Source of the DNA: Asterias rubens
Taxonomy: Eukaryota
Direction: 5' to 3'
DNA: 64,000 nt
Assembly (NCBI RefSeq): GCF_902459465.1
Contig: NC_047074.1
Coordinates: forward strand, 8,494,001-8,558,000
The notes beneath the pieces are model-generated. The model did no database searches, had not been told where the DNA came from, and was given only the letters and a program-made list of their open reading frames with translations. The translations under genes were made by a program, and so were the position numbers. Numbering within the stretch: the stretch's first letter is position 1; each line of letters opens with the position of its first letter. Of this stretch, positions 47,694 to 60,079 are shown one piece after another.

Positions 47694-48112
47694 TTAAGCA
47701 ATGTTTAGGGTTTAAGCATGCTTCAAAGAAAACTCAAATCAAAGATTGCTCACACACAAACGCTGGAGAATGGATAAAAATGCCACTATGCTTCTATACA
47801 GCAAGGACCAGAGTACAAGGCTGTGCTCGCACAAAGGTCACTAACCAGCGACTCACAATCACGATAAGGCCAGCTCACAAAAGGTCAAGCTCTATACAGC
47901 TCGGCGCCATTGTTAATCCGATCTCATCAGAGTTCGACATACCACACTGTCTCTATATGCTGGAGTGCATGCATGCATACATGTAATAGCATACACGCAG
48001 TGATAAAGGCAAGCGCTCTTTCCGGGTACTAGTAATAGTACCATACACATTGCTCTAGCTCTATATGCAATCATACACAACACACACAGCAAGGAACACA
48101 GCTCAAACATTC

Positions 48113-49794
48113 ATGATGTCTACCAAGCGGCTGCATTTTTCAATTTTGGAACGCAATTTTTTACTTCGACTCCTCGAAGAAAACATAGACATCGTTGAGT
48201 CCAAGTGCAACGATGGAATTACGATGAGACGCAAGGACGAAACGTGGGCAAGGATTGTCTCAAGATTCAATGCCGAACCCAGCGTTGTGAAAAGGACACC
48301 GAGACAGCTGCGCAAATGCTGGACCAACATGAAAATGCGCGCAAAGAAGTCAGACGGTTCGTCAAGTCTACCGGGGTTGGTTGCGCGCCATACTCCACAG
48401 AAACATGAGACGAGGGAGGGACCTGTTTCTGTGCGCTTGCAACCGGACTCAGATCAGATGGGTGTGAAATATGATTCGGTCTTTAGCGGTAGTGGTGAAA
48501 GTGGTGCAGACAGTGCCAATGGTACAGATGTTAAGATGATCCCTGTGGAATGCTGGTCAGACAACGAAGTTGATGGCTCATACTCGGGGCTTGGAGGTGG
48601 GAGCGAAGATGAAGATGGAGATGAGGGAAGTTACCACCAGCAAGATGTAGAAGAACGAGGTTAGTGTTTGGAAACATTTGGGGTGGTTCGTTTATGATTT
48701 ATGATAAAGTAACGCATAGTAGATAAACTGTACTCTGTTTCAGGCCTCGAAATGGCACGCAAAATACTAGCCGTTGTGCCCTGTGCTTGAAATTGCGCGG
48801 TGCCGGCCCTGTGCAAGGTTCATAATATACATTTAAATATTCCTCATAAAGTTTCCCCTACCACGCAGAGTGAAATTGCTGTACCCCTTCAAGAGCGAAG
48901 TTCAGGGCCTGCTGTTTTCTCTGGTTAATATAATAGAGCCTTGGCGTGTGAGAGGAGGTCCCCACCCGTATTGTGTAAGTCAATAGGTGACAACGACCGA
49001 AGAAAGGCACGATGAGACAATGTATGGTTATTATAAATATTATAATAAGGTGAATTATTGATATAATTGTACATAGATGCTGGATACAGCTCGTAGGTAT
49101 TTGAGCGGCGAGTCTCTTGCACGCGGCATTGTTTATCTGTAAAATATAAATCTCAATTCAGCCTGAAACAGACCATGGAGTAAGAATTTCTTCCTCCATG
49201 AACAAACCAAAATCATTGAGGGAAACTCGAAGGAGTAGTCAAACCCCAGAGAGAAAGTTGGGGATATCTTCATGTGCACCATTATTCTGCATAATGGTCG
49301 AGGCATTGTGCAGAGAAAAGAGAACATTTTGCTTTCTTTGCAAAGTCAACCAGGCAGTATTTGCGATTGAGTTGTGGTTGCACCTTTCACTTCTTTCACA
49401 AAAATGGAGTTATAAGTCGAAAAGAACATGGTAAGCGGGAAATTTTGTATTGACTTTAAAGTTGTTAAAGCTGTTCTTGATTTACTCTTGTCTCCCCCCC
49501 TCCACCCCAGCAAGGGCAGATTTCCATACAAGTGAAACAGACTTTAGACATGAAACAGCCGCTGATTCCAACAACAGCCAATGGACAGGCATGGATTACA
49601 CGCGCAATGAGCACGAGGCCAAGATGTCGCTGTTGACAATCCAGATGGAGACGGCTCATGAGCAGCGGGAGCTAGCCCGGGAGATGCGGGAACAGACGAG
49701 ACAGAGACACCGTCTTGAGATGCAGGTACTGGAAGAGAAGAGGCGATACAGGAGGATGAAGATGAACAGGATGTCTTCTCAAGGAAAAAGCTAG
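48113..49794 (+). CDS. Myb/SANT-like DNA-binding protein, MSANTD3-like (276 aa); exons 48113-48659 and 49511-49794
   Basis: N-terminal HFSILERNFLLRLL...KDETWARIVSRFN...RTPRQLRKCWTNMKMRAKK is a Myb_DNA-bind_5-type domain. An acidic linker follows, then a C-terminal coiled coil. Phase-1 GT-AG intron; 831 nt in frame. Confidence 0.85.
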
Positions 49795-52700
49795 CAAGGG
49801 GGACGGACCCAAATTCATAAAGCTGCAGAAAATACTGCTTGACAAAAAAATCAATTTCTTTGCTCAGCAAAACATGAGATGAGTAAGTTGACAACCTCAT
49901 GCAGATAGGCGACAATAATAAACTGACATCGTAACACTGAGGCATGTGCTCGATTTCATGAAATTGAGAAACAAAAGATTACCAAATATCACCACGATGT
50001 TGCTCTATGGTCAAACTATAAAGAACACACGCTGTATGAACATCAAACTCTCGGTCAATGAGAAACTCTCTCTTCTATTGTAAAGTATTTTTGTTTTGTT
50101 TATCCTCCATATCAAACCATAGTCGGGGATCAAATGATTCACTTCATAATGATTGTAATGTATGACCGACAACATATAAAATGAGCGACATGTCGGATAT
50201 GTAGATGGCGTAAATGAGTGTAAAGAACTACCTATTTCAAATTGCTTTTTCAACCAAAAGGACCTATATGAAAATGCACAAAATTGTCACTGGCCTGGCG
50301 TTTCGACCCTAGCAGAGTCATTGTCGAAAGGCGCCCGTGCATGCCGACGGCTAGAACAGGAACACGTTGATGCCATATCTTTCTCAGCTGCAAGGATGAT
50401 TAGCCTCCAAAAGTTATTGTTTAATTATTAAAGTTCGCGATTTAAGTTCAGATCACACGAGACTTATAGTTGTTATACTCGGATCAGCCTTTTTTTGCAG
50501 TTTTGTTTAGAGTCATATACACGGTTTTGAAGAAATGTATTAAAGTCTTGTTTTTGTTTTTATAAACTTATCTTGTTTTACTGATTAGTGCGGAGTTATT
50601 TCCTAACCCAGCCCCTCCCCCGCCCCCAAATAGAAAAAAAATCACAACAACCGAAACCAAAACCTCAAAAGCCTTTGTTGTCGGTGTTTTTTGTGTGTAA
50701 AGATGGCGACTTCATTAGGTGAAACGTTCACAAATTAGTGTTGATTATGACTGTTCACTGTTCATTATTACTGATGAAGCCAAATCTCTGATGGTGTGTT
50801 GGAGAAACTTTCATGGGATGCAGTTCGATCTTTGGCAGATTGTCAATCATTCAAATTTTGTCAAACGCCCGGGCAGGCCTGTATGCTTCGTTTTTGAAAG
50901 GGCAAGGGCACCAAGGCATTTACTCTTTGGCAAAGGGCACCCTATGAGGAAATTGTAAATTTCTACTGGAGCATTTCAAGGGCCCCAAGGCAATGGCAAG
51001 GGGCAACGGAGGCAAAACGGACATTCCATACAAACGGGTTCACTAGGCTACAACTTTTAACTTGCAAACCGCATGGATGCACATGTAGGCCTGTGCTTTC
51101 ATGCTTACCACATTATTTTTTGTGGTGTATCTGATGAAAATCATGAAGAGATTGGCCGAAGGGAATCAATGAGACGGATTCAGACCTAGTCGAGCTTTGG
51201 GGTATAATTTTTTTTAATAACGATCATGCGCACAGAGGGCGCTACAGCGTCCAACTGCATGTAGCGAAAACCCACTCTACCCACTGCTACATAATAGCAT
51301 GTACATGTACACTGTATGACGGGTTCACTGTAAATACCCCATATCCATGTTCACACACACAACCATGTAGGCCTACATGTTATTGCGTACACACTGAAAT
51401 ACCCCAGAAAAGTAATAGAATTGACGGCGACTATTGCAAGCTATGGCGTACAATGTAAAGCAATCATGTATTTTAGCAGTGTTGGGCTGCCCAAATTGAT
51501 GAGCGCGGTCTTGAACCAACGGTAAAGAAATGCACAATTGTTGGTTATTTTTTCGTGTACGTTGACCAACGTGTACTGGTTAGCTGTAAAGGGCTGTCAA
51601 CTGTGGAAGGCATACATCGACAGGTACAATTGCGGCCACGGGAGTAGACATTGGACAAGTGAGTGCAGTATTCTTTTCAGTAGTGAATTTACGTTTTGTG
51701 GGGAATTCGAAAAGAAAAACAGAAAAAAGGTGCTGTGATGTCACTGAGGTTCCTTTCTGCATGCTTCCTTCCTCCATAATAATATACTCTATGCCATGTT
51801 GCCGGTATCAAACCAAACTTCCTGAGCAAAGTGTAAACATTCGATCGAAGCATGATGATCCACCAGATAGTTGCCATAGACTAAAGGCCTCAAACAAGTA
51901 ATTACTAATATTACACACCTTGGCAGTCGAAATCGTATACATCATGATCTTGTATAGTGTACGGTTGTGTGTACAAAAATGGCATTCAATTTCGTGTACC
52001 GGCACTAATAAATGGCACACATTCTCGAATAGTAAATCCCCCACTGGGACATCTTTTGTTCTTTTTTTATCCCTTTTTGTCCTTGTCATTATGACATATT
52101 CCAACAGACTTTGTATACTTTTCTGTGGAACACCCCACTTTTTAGAATTTCCAACATGGAGTCCTTTTAGTTTCCAATTTGATATTGTCATTTTTGTCTC
52201 CTCTAATAGAAAATTAGCACAAGCACAACAAACAACCTTGCTGTTATAAGAGATGTTAAATTTGCATCGGGGATGCTTGGGTCATAATGTTCTATTGAGT
52301 GTCCCTTTATACCAAGCAACATTCCGCAAATTCAAGTGACTGACTGGTATCCTGCTAATTTCTGCCTAGAAAGACATTTTTAAAGCAATATTTTTTGCTT
52401 CAGCAGCTCTATTTCGCCACAGGGAAAATTTTCATAGATAGATATATAGATAGATACGTGTATTCAATGTTGGAATAATACAGAGTATTATTCCAAAATT
52501 GTTGGAATATGGTCATAATTCAATATGGTCAAAATTGTTGTAAAATAAAAAAGAGATTAAAAGGTGAAACTTAAAACAAAGGGCAACATCTAGGTCCGGG
52601 GAGAAGCAAGCACAGCTTTTGTACCCAAGCCTTTGAACAGACGAACCAAAACAAAACCCAGACAGACATTACAAAAATACAGGACAAAACTAACAGGTGT

Positions 52701-52814
52701 AAGACAGAAAACAAAGCTGTTACTTTTTCTACATACAAAAATTCCATCAGTATCTTAGTATTCATTAATAGAAAACGAGTGTTAAGCTTTTAAGCAGCTC
52801 TATGAAAAGCTTAA

Positions 52815-53191
52815 AGGCAGTGGACACTATTGGTAATTACTCAAAATAGTTATTGGCATAAAACCTTACTTGGTGACGAGTAATGGGGAGAGGTTGATAG
52901 TATAAAACATTGTGAGAAAAGGCTCCCTCTGAAGTGCCATAGTTTTTGAGAAAGAAGTAATTTTCCACGAATTTGATTTCGAGACCTCAGATTTAGAACT
53001 TGAGGTCTCGAAATCAACCATCTAAATGCACACAACTTCGTGTGACAAGGGTGTTTTTCTTTTGTTATTATCTCGCAAGTTCGATGACCGATTGAGCTCA
53101 AATTTTCACAGGTTTGTTATTTTATGCATATGTTGAGATACACCAAGTGAGAAGACTGGTCTTTGACATTTACCAATAGTGTCCACTGTCT
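52815..53191 (+). mobile_element. Kolobok-like MITE, family A (complete)
   Basis: TTAA-aggcagtggacactattggtaa ... taccaatagtgtccactgtct-TTAA. Confidence 0.87.
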
Positions 53192-53596
53192 TTAAAAGCA
53201 CAACAAAATAGCAGACTACGTTGGGGAGCCGATGGATATTCTCTGTATCCTCATCAGTTTATAGCAGCGAATCGCTAAAGCATAATTTTCTGCCGAAGCA
53301 GCTCCATATTGGGCCCTGATGATACTAAAAGTTCTTGAAACATTACATAATTGGTAAGAAAAACTCGCCCAGGATCACAGATTTGCATAAAACTTAGAGA
53401 TGATGACAGTTGAAAACACCCCTTGAAATGTTTTTGTCTGTAATGTTTTGGTAATGGATGAGAGAAAAAAAAAAAAAAAAAAAATCCCGTTTGTAGTTTA
53501 TCGCTTAATGATCGGTTTTTCCCTATTTTCTCGTGACCCAGATCGACCTCAGAAACTTCTAATTCTGGAATTGTTCCTATATAGGTCACAAAAACA

Positions 53597-56473
53597 ATGA
53601 AGTGCTGGAAGTGTGGCGTCCAGAAACTTTCGAAAGAGTTCCCGCCATGGACCATAATGGAGACGTGCCAACATGCGGCATTGCATTGCCTCAGGGTAAG
53701 ACATATATTATCATTCAGACTTTAAGTGAATGCTCAAACTAGGCACTGAACAATTACACAATTTTTTTTACTTGGTAACAAGCAATGGAGAGCTGTTGAT
53801 AGTATAAAACATTGTGAGAAACGGCTCCCTCAGCTCTGAAGTAATGTAGTTTTCATAAAAGAAGTAATTTTCAACGAATATGATTTCGAGACCTCAGAAT
53901 TAGATTGAGATCCCGAAATCAATCATCTAAAAGCACACAACTTCGTGTGACAAGGGTGTTTTTTTCTTCCATTATTATCTCGCAACTTCGACGACTAGTT
54001 GAGTTGAAATTTTAATTCTTTTTTTTTTGTGCATATGTTGAAATACACAAAGTGAGAGGACTGGACTTAGACGATTACCAATAGTGTCCAGTGTCTTGAA
54101 AGTTAACGAAATGTTGATAACAAACTAGCCCCAGCCCCCGATCATAAAGGTCTAACAGTTTCGTCTTTCAAATTCCTATCGATACACGAACAACTATCAA
54201 AACAATGTCCATATCCAAGAAACTTTGTAGCCCACTTTGCGCCGTCCATTTTTACCCGTCCATTTTCGGAGGGGACGCAATGGTTATAACTTCGCAACTT
54301 GATATTGCTGGCAAAATTGCTGGCAACTCAAATCCAAATCCAAATCAACTGAATCGCTGGCAATCTCCAATAATATACACTTTTCTTTTGCAGTAGGATA
54401 CGTTGTACACTTAAAAAAGAATTAATTAACCAAACAGTAACAGTCAGAATTTGGTAATGTGATATCTCCATAGAGATGGTCCAATTTTGACGGTGCCTTA
54501 AAGTCATGACACTTGGTATTTACTCAAAATAACTATTAGCATAAAACCTTACTTGGTAACAAGCAATGGAGAGCCGTTGATAGTATAAAACATTGCCAGA
54601 GAAACGGCAATAGAGTATGGAGGCATCATCTGGAAGCCGAGGCTTATGTAGGGATGCCTGGGGACAGACAATATACTGCCAAGAGAATTACCATACACAT
54701 ACAAAGGGAACAACCTTTCTCACTATGGTCACTATTAAAAGTGCTTCAAATGTCACTTGTCTTTTCTGCAATTATTTTTTACTAATACGGCTACCCACCA
54801 CACAAAATAATATACTAGAATTTATTATACGTTGTTATTTTCTTCTTCTCCAGTGCGTGACGGCTCATGTCGAGCAACACGGCAATTGCTCCCAATGTGA
54901 AAGTCCAGTTGGTCTCGATTCAATTCGTCTTAAACACTGCCACAGTATGCTGGACGCTATGTTTCCTGAGTACAAGATCACTTACGAGCCCACTTTGGAA
55001 GCGGACACGGCTGGTGAGAAAGGCTACATCAGTCTGGCAATGCTGAATGGTGACAGCACGAGTGTTGAGCTGAACGCGGCCATGACGGTCTTCAAGTTGA
55101 GAGGGATCGTCAAGAAAGAACTTGGAGTGCCATTTGAGAATCAACAACTGATTTACAATGGAACGGAAATGAAGGTGTGTTGAACTGTTTCGTATTTTAA
55201 AGAAGGCACTGGACACTAATTACTCAAAATAATTTTAAGCATAAAATCTTACTAAGTAACGAGCAATGGAGAGCTGTTGATAGTTAAAAACATTGTGAGA
55301 AACGACTCCCTCTGAAGTAACGAAGTTTTTGAGAAGGAAGTAATTTCTCAGTAAAATATTTGAATTGATTTCGAGACCTCACGCGTGAGGTCTCGAAATC
55401 AACCATCTGAAAGCACACAACTTCTTGTGACAAGGATGTTTTTTTCTTTCATTATTATCCATTGTTCAACAATTGGGTACAACTCAAGTTCACAAGTTGC
55501 GGTAACTGAGCAAAGTCTTGATGAAACAAAATTATTCATCCCTTCTCTACGGTGAATGCTTGCTATATATTTGCCCACAGGCATGAGTAACCTTGAAAAG
55601 GAAGATGGATTACTTAGAAATGGCTTCTAGGCGCTGGTCATGGGGCGAAGTTCAATCAGGGGTCAACCATAGAGCAGGGAAAAACACATGGTGCAACCAT
55701 AGGATAGTAGAAGTAGTAGAGCAAGAACCAATTTATTCTGTAGAAGTAACCGTAGAGCAAGGGCATAGATCTGTCCTTTGCAGGTTACGAAGTAACACAC
55801 CAACGACCAGTTTTGTATCATTACTTTACGCATATTATTTCCCCCCATTCCATCTTTAACACAGGAATATACAGAAGATCAAGCCACAACAAACCTCGGC
55901 TACTACAAAGTCCCCCCTTCAGCAACCATCTACGTCAGACGTCTTCTGTACGCAGTTCAAAACAGCAACTTAAAGAAGGTAGTCTTCGATCTCAACTGGG
56001 GCTATCCAGCAGGGGGAAAAGACTTTCTGGACGCAACTGCGATCATCTTCAGCGGTACCGAGTTGGTAGACTATCTGGATTACAGAAAACTATCCCATGA
56101 CTCAATGAGTCATTCCGGTGACGTCATGGACAACCACAGGAAAAAGGGGCACCATTTAATCACCGTCAATCTTCAGGAAGTTCCCGATGAGTTCACACAC
56201 ATCTTCTTCACATTGAGCTCGTATGAGTCACCCACCATCTCAAAGTTCCCAAACCCGAGTTTGAAGTTCTATGAGAAGGACCGGCCAGATGAGATGCTGT
56301 GTGAAGACACGGTGGAGAAAACCAATTTCTCGCAGGCGATCGTCATGTGCTGGATTTCCAGGGATAAGGGGAAGTGGTGTGTGTATAGTGCCGGGAAGGC
56401 GTCGGCAGGCAATTCGGAGGACTATGAGCCCCTTTATAAGACAATCTCGGACATTATTGCTAATGGACTGTAA
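53597..56473 (+). CDS. RING-ubiquitin-like-TerD fusion protein, paralog 1 (342 aa); exons 53597-53695, 54854-55174, 55865-56473
   Basis: Two phase-0 GT-AG introns. RING C-x2-C-x17-C-x-H-x4-C-x2-C-x10-C-x2-C. Ubl ISLAMLNGDSTSVEL...VPFENQQLIYNG. TerD-like FLDATA, HSGDVMD and ITVNLQEVPDEFTHIFFTLSSY. Confidence 0.85.
53731..54094 (+). mobile_element. Kolobok-like MITE, family A (degenerate), intronic
   Basis: Family A body ending accaatagtgtccagtgtct. Confidence 0.7.
55203..55480 (+). mobile_element. Kolobok-like MITE, family A (partial), about 30 nt after a donor site
   Basis: aggcactggacactaattactcaaaataatt followed by the family A body. Confidence 0.7.
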
Positions 56474-57184
56474 ATAGTAGGTGTGTGCATCTGAAACAAC
56501 AACAATTACAAAATATGCAGTAACTGATCAATTTATCTTTCTCTTTGATGGTATTGGTTTATTATCGTATTTTTTGAATAGGTGTAGGGTTCGCCAAAGG
56601 ACAACGGGTTGATCAAAAACGACTGCACTTGTGTACCATCTCGTGTTATCTTTTGGGGGTATTAGTTGTTTGAGTGGTGAATACGCACAAAATTTGATTA
56701 TAAAAAAGGTTAACGAATTCATGGACTCTAAAATTTAGTTTTGCTGCGGTCGTACTTCGAAAAGCAAACCAAGCCTGCTGAGATGATGAACAATTTTATA
56801 ATATGGAACTAGTTGAAGTAAATTTGTATTTATTTTATAAAATTTTACTTGATGTTTTTGGTTTATTTGTACTCTCTTAATGTAAAAGAGTGAAAAGGCA
56901 CTCTTTGAAGAGCCATAATGAAGGACAACTCTTTTTCGAGTGGTCTTCCACTCTTTTAGATTGACGTTTGCATCTTTTTGAGTGACTTTTCACTCTGTCC
57001 TGGAGTGAAACCCCTCTAAAAGAGTGAAATAACCACCACTCTTTTTTAAGAGCCATATGAGGGACAGCTCGAAATGTAAAGAGTGGTGTTTTTCACTCTT
57101 TTACATTTAGAGAGTAGCCTGTTGACACGATTTCAATAGATTTTAACAGACGATTATTTAAAGCAAAGCTTGATAACTTCTTAA

Positions 57185-57545
57185 AGGCACTGGACACTAT
57201 TGGTAATTACTCAAAATACATAGCTTAACATTTTCTTGGTAACGAGCACAGAGAGCTGATGTGGATAATGAAAACAGTGTGAGAAACGTCTCCCTCTGAA
57301 GTAACGTATTTTTTGGGAATGTAATTTCTCACTAAAACATTTGAATTTTATGAGAAAGACTTGACAGGCATGATGCCTTTCTCACACAAATTTGTACACC
57401 AATGATGTTTTTTCTTTCATGTTTTCTTGCAACTTCGATGACCAATTGAGCCCAAATGTTCACAGACTTGTTGTTTTACGCATTAATTGGGATACACTAC
57501 GTGTGGGATATACTACATAAGGAACACTGGTCTTCGGTTATTACC
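57185..57545 (+). mobile_element. Kolobok-like MITE, family A (degenerate)
   Basis: TTAA-aggcactggacactattggtaattactc at the left end. Confidence 0.7.
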
Positions 57546-58229
57546 AAACCTGGCCAGGGCTTAGCTGGCAAACCTGTAGAAGATTGAGACCAATCGGCCA
57601 TCTGGGTCACGAAAGATGTAGTGTCAAGCCGATTACACGTTTTTGCACGACATCGATTTCTCATCAAAAATGACATTAACATACAGAAATATTTCAAGGG
57701 ATGTTTTTTATCTATCGTCATCGTTAGACCGTGTAAGTTTTATGTAAATCTGTGATCTCATTTTTTTTCTAACAAGTTCGGTGACCGGTAGCAGTCTTGA
57801 CAAAACAAGTGACAGTGATTAGTTACCGGGATACTTGAAACACTTACAGGGGGTCGATTTCACAAAGAGTTAGGACTAGTCCTAGGAGATATACAAATTG
57901 CATGGATAGTCCTAAGTTTGGACGAGTAACTGGTCCTAACTCGAGATCTAGAGACTAGACTAGTCCTAACTCTTTGTGAAATCCACAGGTCCTTAAGTTT
58001 TATTTTACAAAGAACAAAAATATGTCCTTTTGATTTGATAGTGTAAATGTTCAACGTTCTGGCTGGGAACCATAGTCCGTTGAATAGAGGGAGCCGTTTC
58101 TCACAATGTTTTATACTTACCATAGCACCAGCTTTCCATTGCTCGAGCGTTACTAAGTAAGTTTTTGAGCTAACAATTACTTTGAGTCATTCACAATAGT
58201 GTCCAATGGTTTATTTTAACACAAATCTG

Positions 58230-58471
58230 GGGCCAATTTCATAGAGCTGCTTAAGCAAAAAAAATGCTTAAGCACGAAAATAGCTTGCTTATTTTACACA
58301 TGTTACTGGCAAAAATGTCATGCCATATACATTGCTTGTGATAGGTATTTAGTGGTTGTTTACTTAGCATAACAATTGAGTGGAGTCTTGGCCGGTAATC
58401 TGATTTTACTAAGCAAGGATTTTTTTGCTTAAGCAAAATTTTGCGCTTAAGCAGCTCTATGAAATTGGGCC
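58230..58471. mobile_element. Harbinger-like MITE (family H) with a CTG target-site duplication
   Basis: CTG-gggccaatttcatagagctgcttaagc ... gcttaagcagctctatgaaattgggcc-CTG. Confidence 0.8.
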
Positions 58472-58858
58472 CTGAGATTAATTCGAGTTAGTTCTTGCGA
58501 TTATTATGATGTTGAACAAAAAATGGATTATTGTCAACTTTATATTCATTTTTGTGAAATGTGACTCGTGAAATGCACATATAACTTTATGCTGGGAATA
58601 ATTAACCCCTTGATAGTTTCCAGTTGTTGTATGTAGAAATAGACTGAAATAAATTGAGTCAGGAATGCTATTGTGTATGATTGTTGTCCACTCGATTTAA
58701 TACGATTTCGTGTATAACTTTACAGGGCAAAACAGTATACCAAAATGAGTGTAAAGCAATCGGAACGTATTGAAGAATGCATGTTCAGCTTTGCAATGAT
58801 ATATACCATCTGGATTGAAAAAAAGTTTCCTTACTTTTTGTGAGCAGTTTAATTGAAA

Positions 58859-59807
58859 GGGACTTTCCCATTGTAGGCAATCATGACCTCAAACCCCTGT
58901 AGAAAATGGCTGAACAACACTTTAAAGGTGATCAATACAAACTGTAACAATGGATAATGCAAATAATGCTGTTACGTAGTGCTGCACCTGGCTCGTAGTA
59001 AAAGCATAGGGCATGATAAAGGAAAGTCCAAAAAGAGATGTAGGATTTTCTGTGGTTGGGGATAATCTTGAATTAGAAATAATGATAAGTGACAAAAACT
59101 TGCTATATTCGAACAATCAGGCCCTAGTAGTATGTGGTGTGGTCAACAAGGGATATTCCGGTTACCACTAATGGGACCTTGAGGTCCTATAGCGTCAGGA
59201 ATGTGTTTGGAGAATTTACAACTCAAAGAAAATGGGAGTGACATGTTAATTTACCATAGACCCTTTGTTGACATGTACACACGTACAAGACCTAACCTAC
59301 AGTACAATGTATTGAGGGTCTAAATATATTTTTACAATCTTCAATATAATTTCAATAAAATTCATAAGCCTAACTGTATCTGAAATTATGTGAAAACGGA
59401 TACCATGGCTATATCAATCTGTCAAAGAAAAAAACAAGTCAGTGGTTTTGCAGTAAAACTAAAATACCAGACAGGTTGACGACTGCGACAGCTAGACAGC
59501 TAGACAGCAAGTCAAAGGTCACAGCGACTGAATAGGCGTATAGCTGGCGTTTCCATGTAATGAAATGTACATGTACATACATTCACTCAAGGGGAAATAC
59601 CCACCGTGAGCAACACCATCAGTGCATACAGTGAGAAATAGCAGGTAGTTTGCATATTACCATTATTGAACCATTATTTGCATATGAATAAACATTGACG
59701 TACAAGTCTGTGTCCACGGAGAATGTCTAATGTCATATTAAGTTCAAATCTGATATGAGCAAGATTTGGGATTTCCCAGTCAAGTATTTCCAGTCCTGGG
59801 AAAAACC
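58859..59807 (+). promoter_or_regulatory. NF-kB/Rel-like sites upstream of RING-Ubl-TerD paralog 2
   Basis: GGGACTTTCC at 58859-58868, GGGGAAATACCC at 59591-59602, GGGATTTCCC at 59768-59777 and GGGAAAAACC at 59798-59807. Confidence 0.4.
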
Positions 59808-60079
59808 ACGGTTGCGAAATCACCATTGCAGTGTATGGACGGCCGCTTGTATCAAATCAGAGTGTCAACATGGCTGCCGACTAGGCATATTGGATATAAT
59901 GTACACACAAATACCTGTATGTACATAATGCACGAGGTTTGTAAGTCTGTAACCATTTATATTATAGCGTTGCTCCACGGACATTTTCTAAGTGAGAATA
60001 ACGGGATCGTGAGCTCAAGAACGTCTTGGACGAGGAAGAGTCGGGTTTTATCATCGAGGGATTCGTCGTTGATTTCACA

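Noticed and set aside
51538-52249. ORFs upstream of TerD paralog 1
   Set aside because: No domain is recognisable. A donor at about 51659 may mark a non-coding first exon, but this is unsupported.
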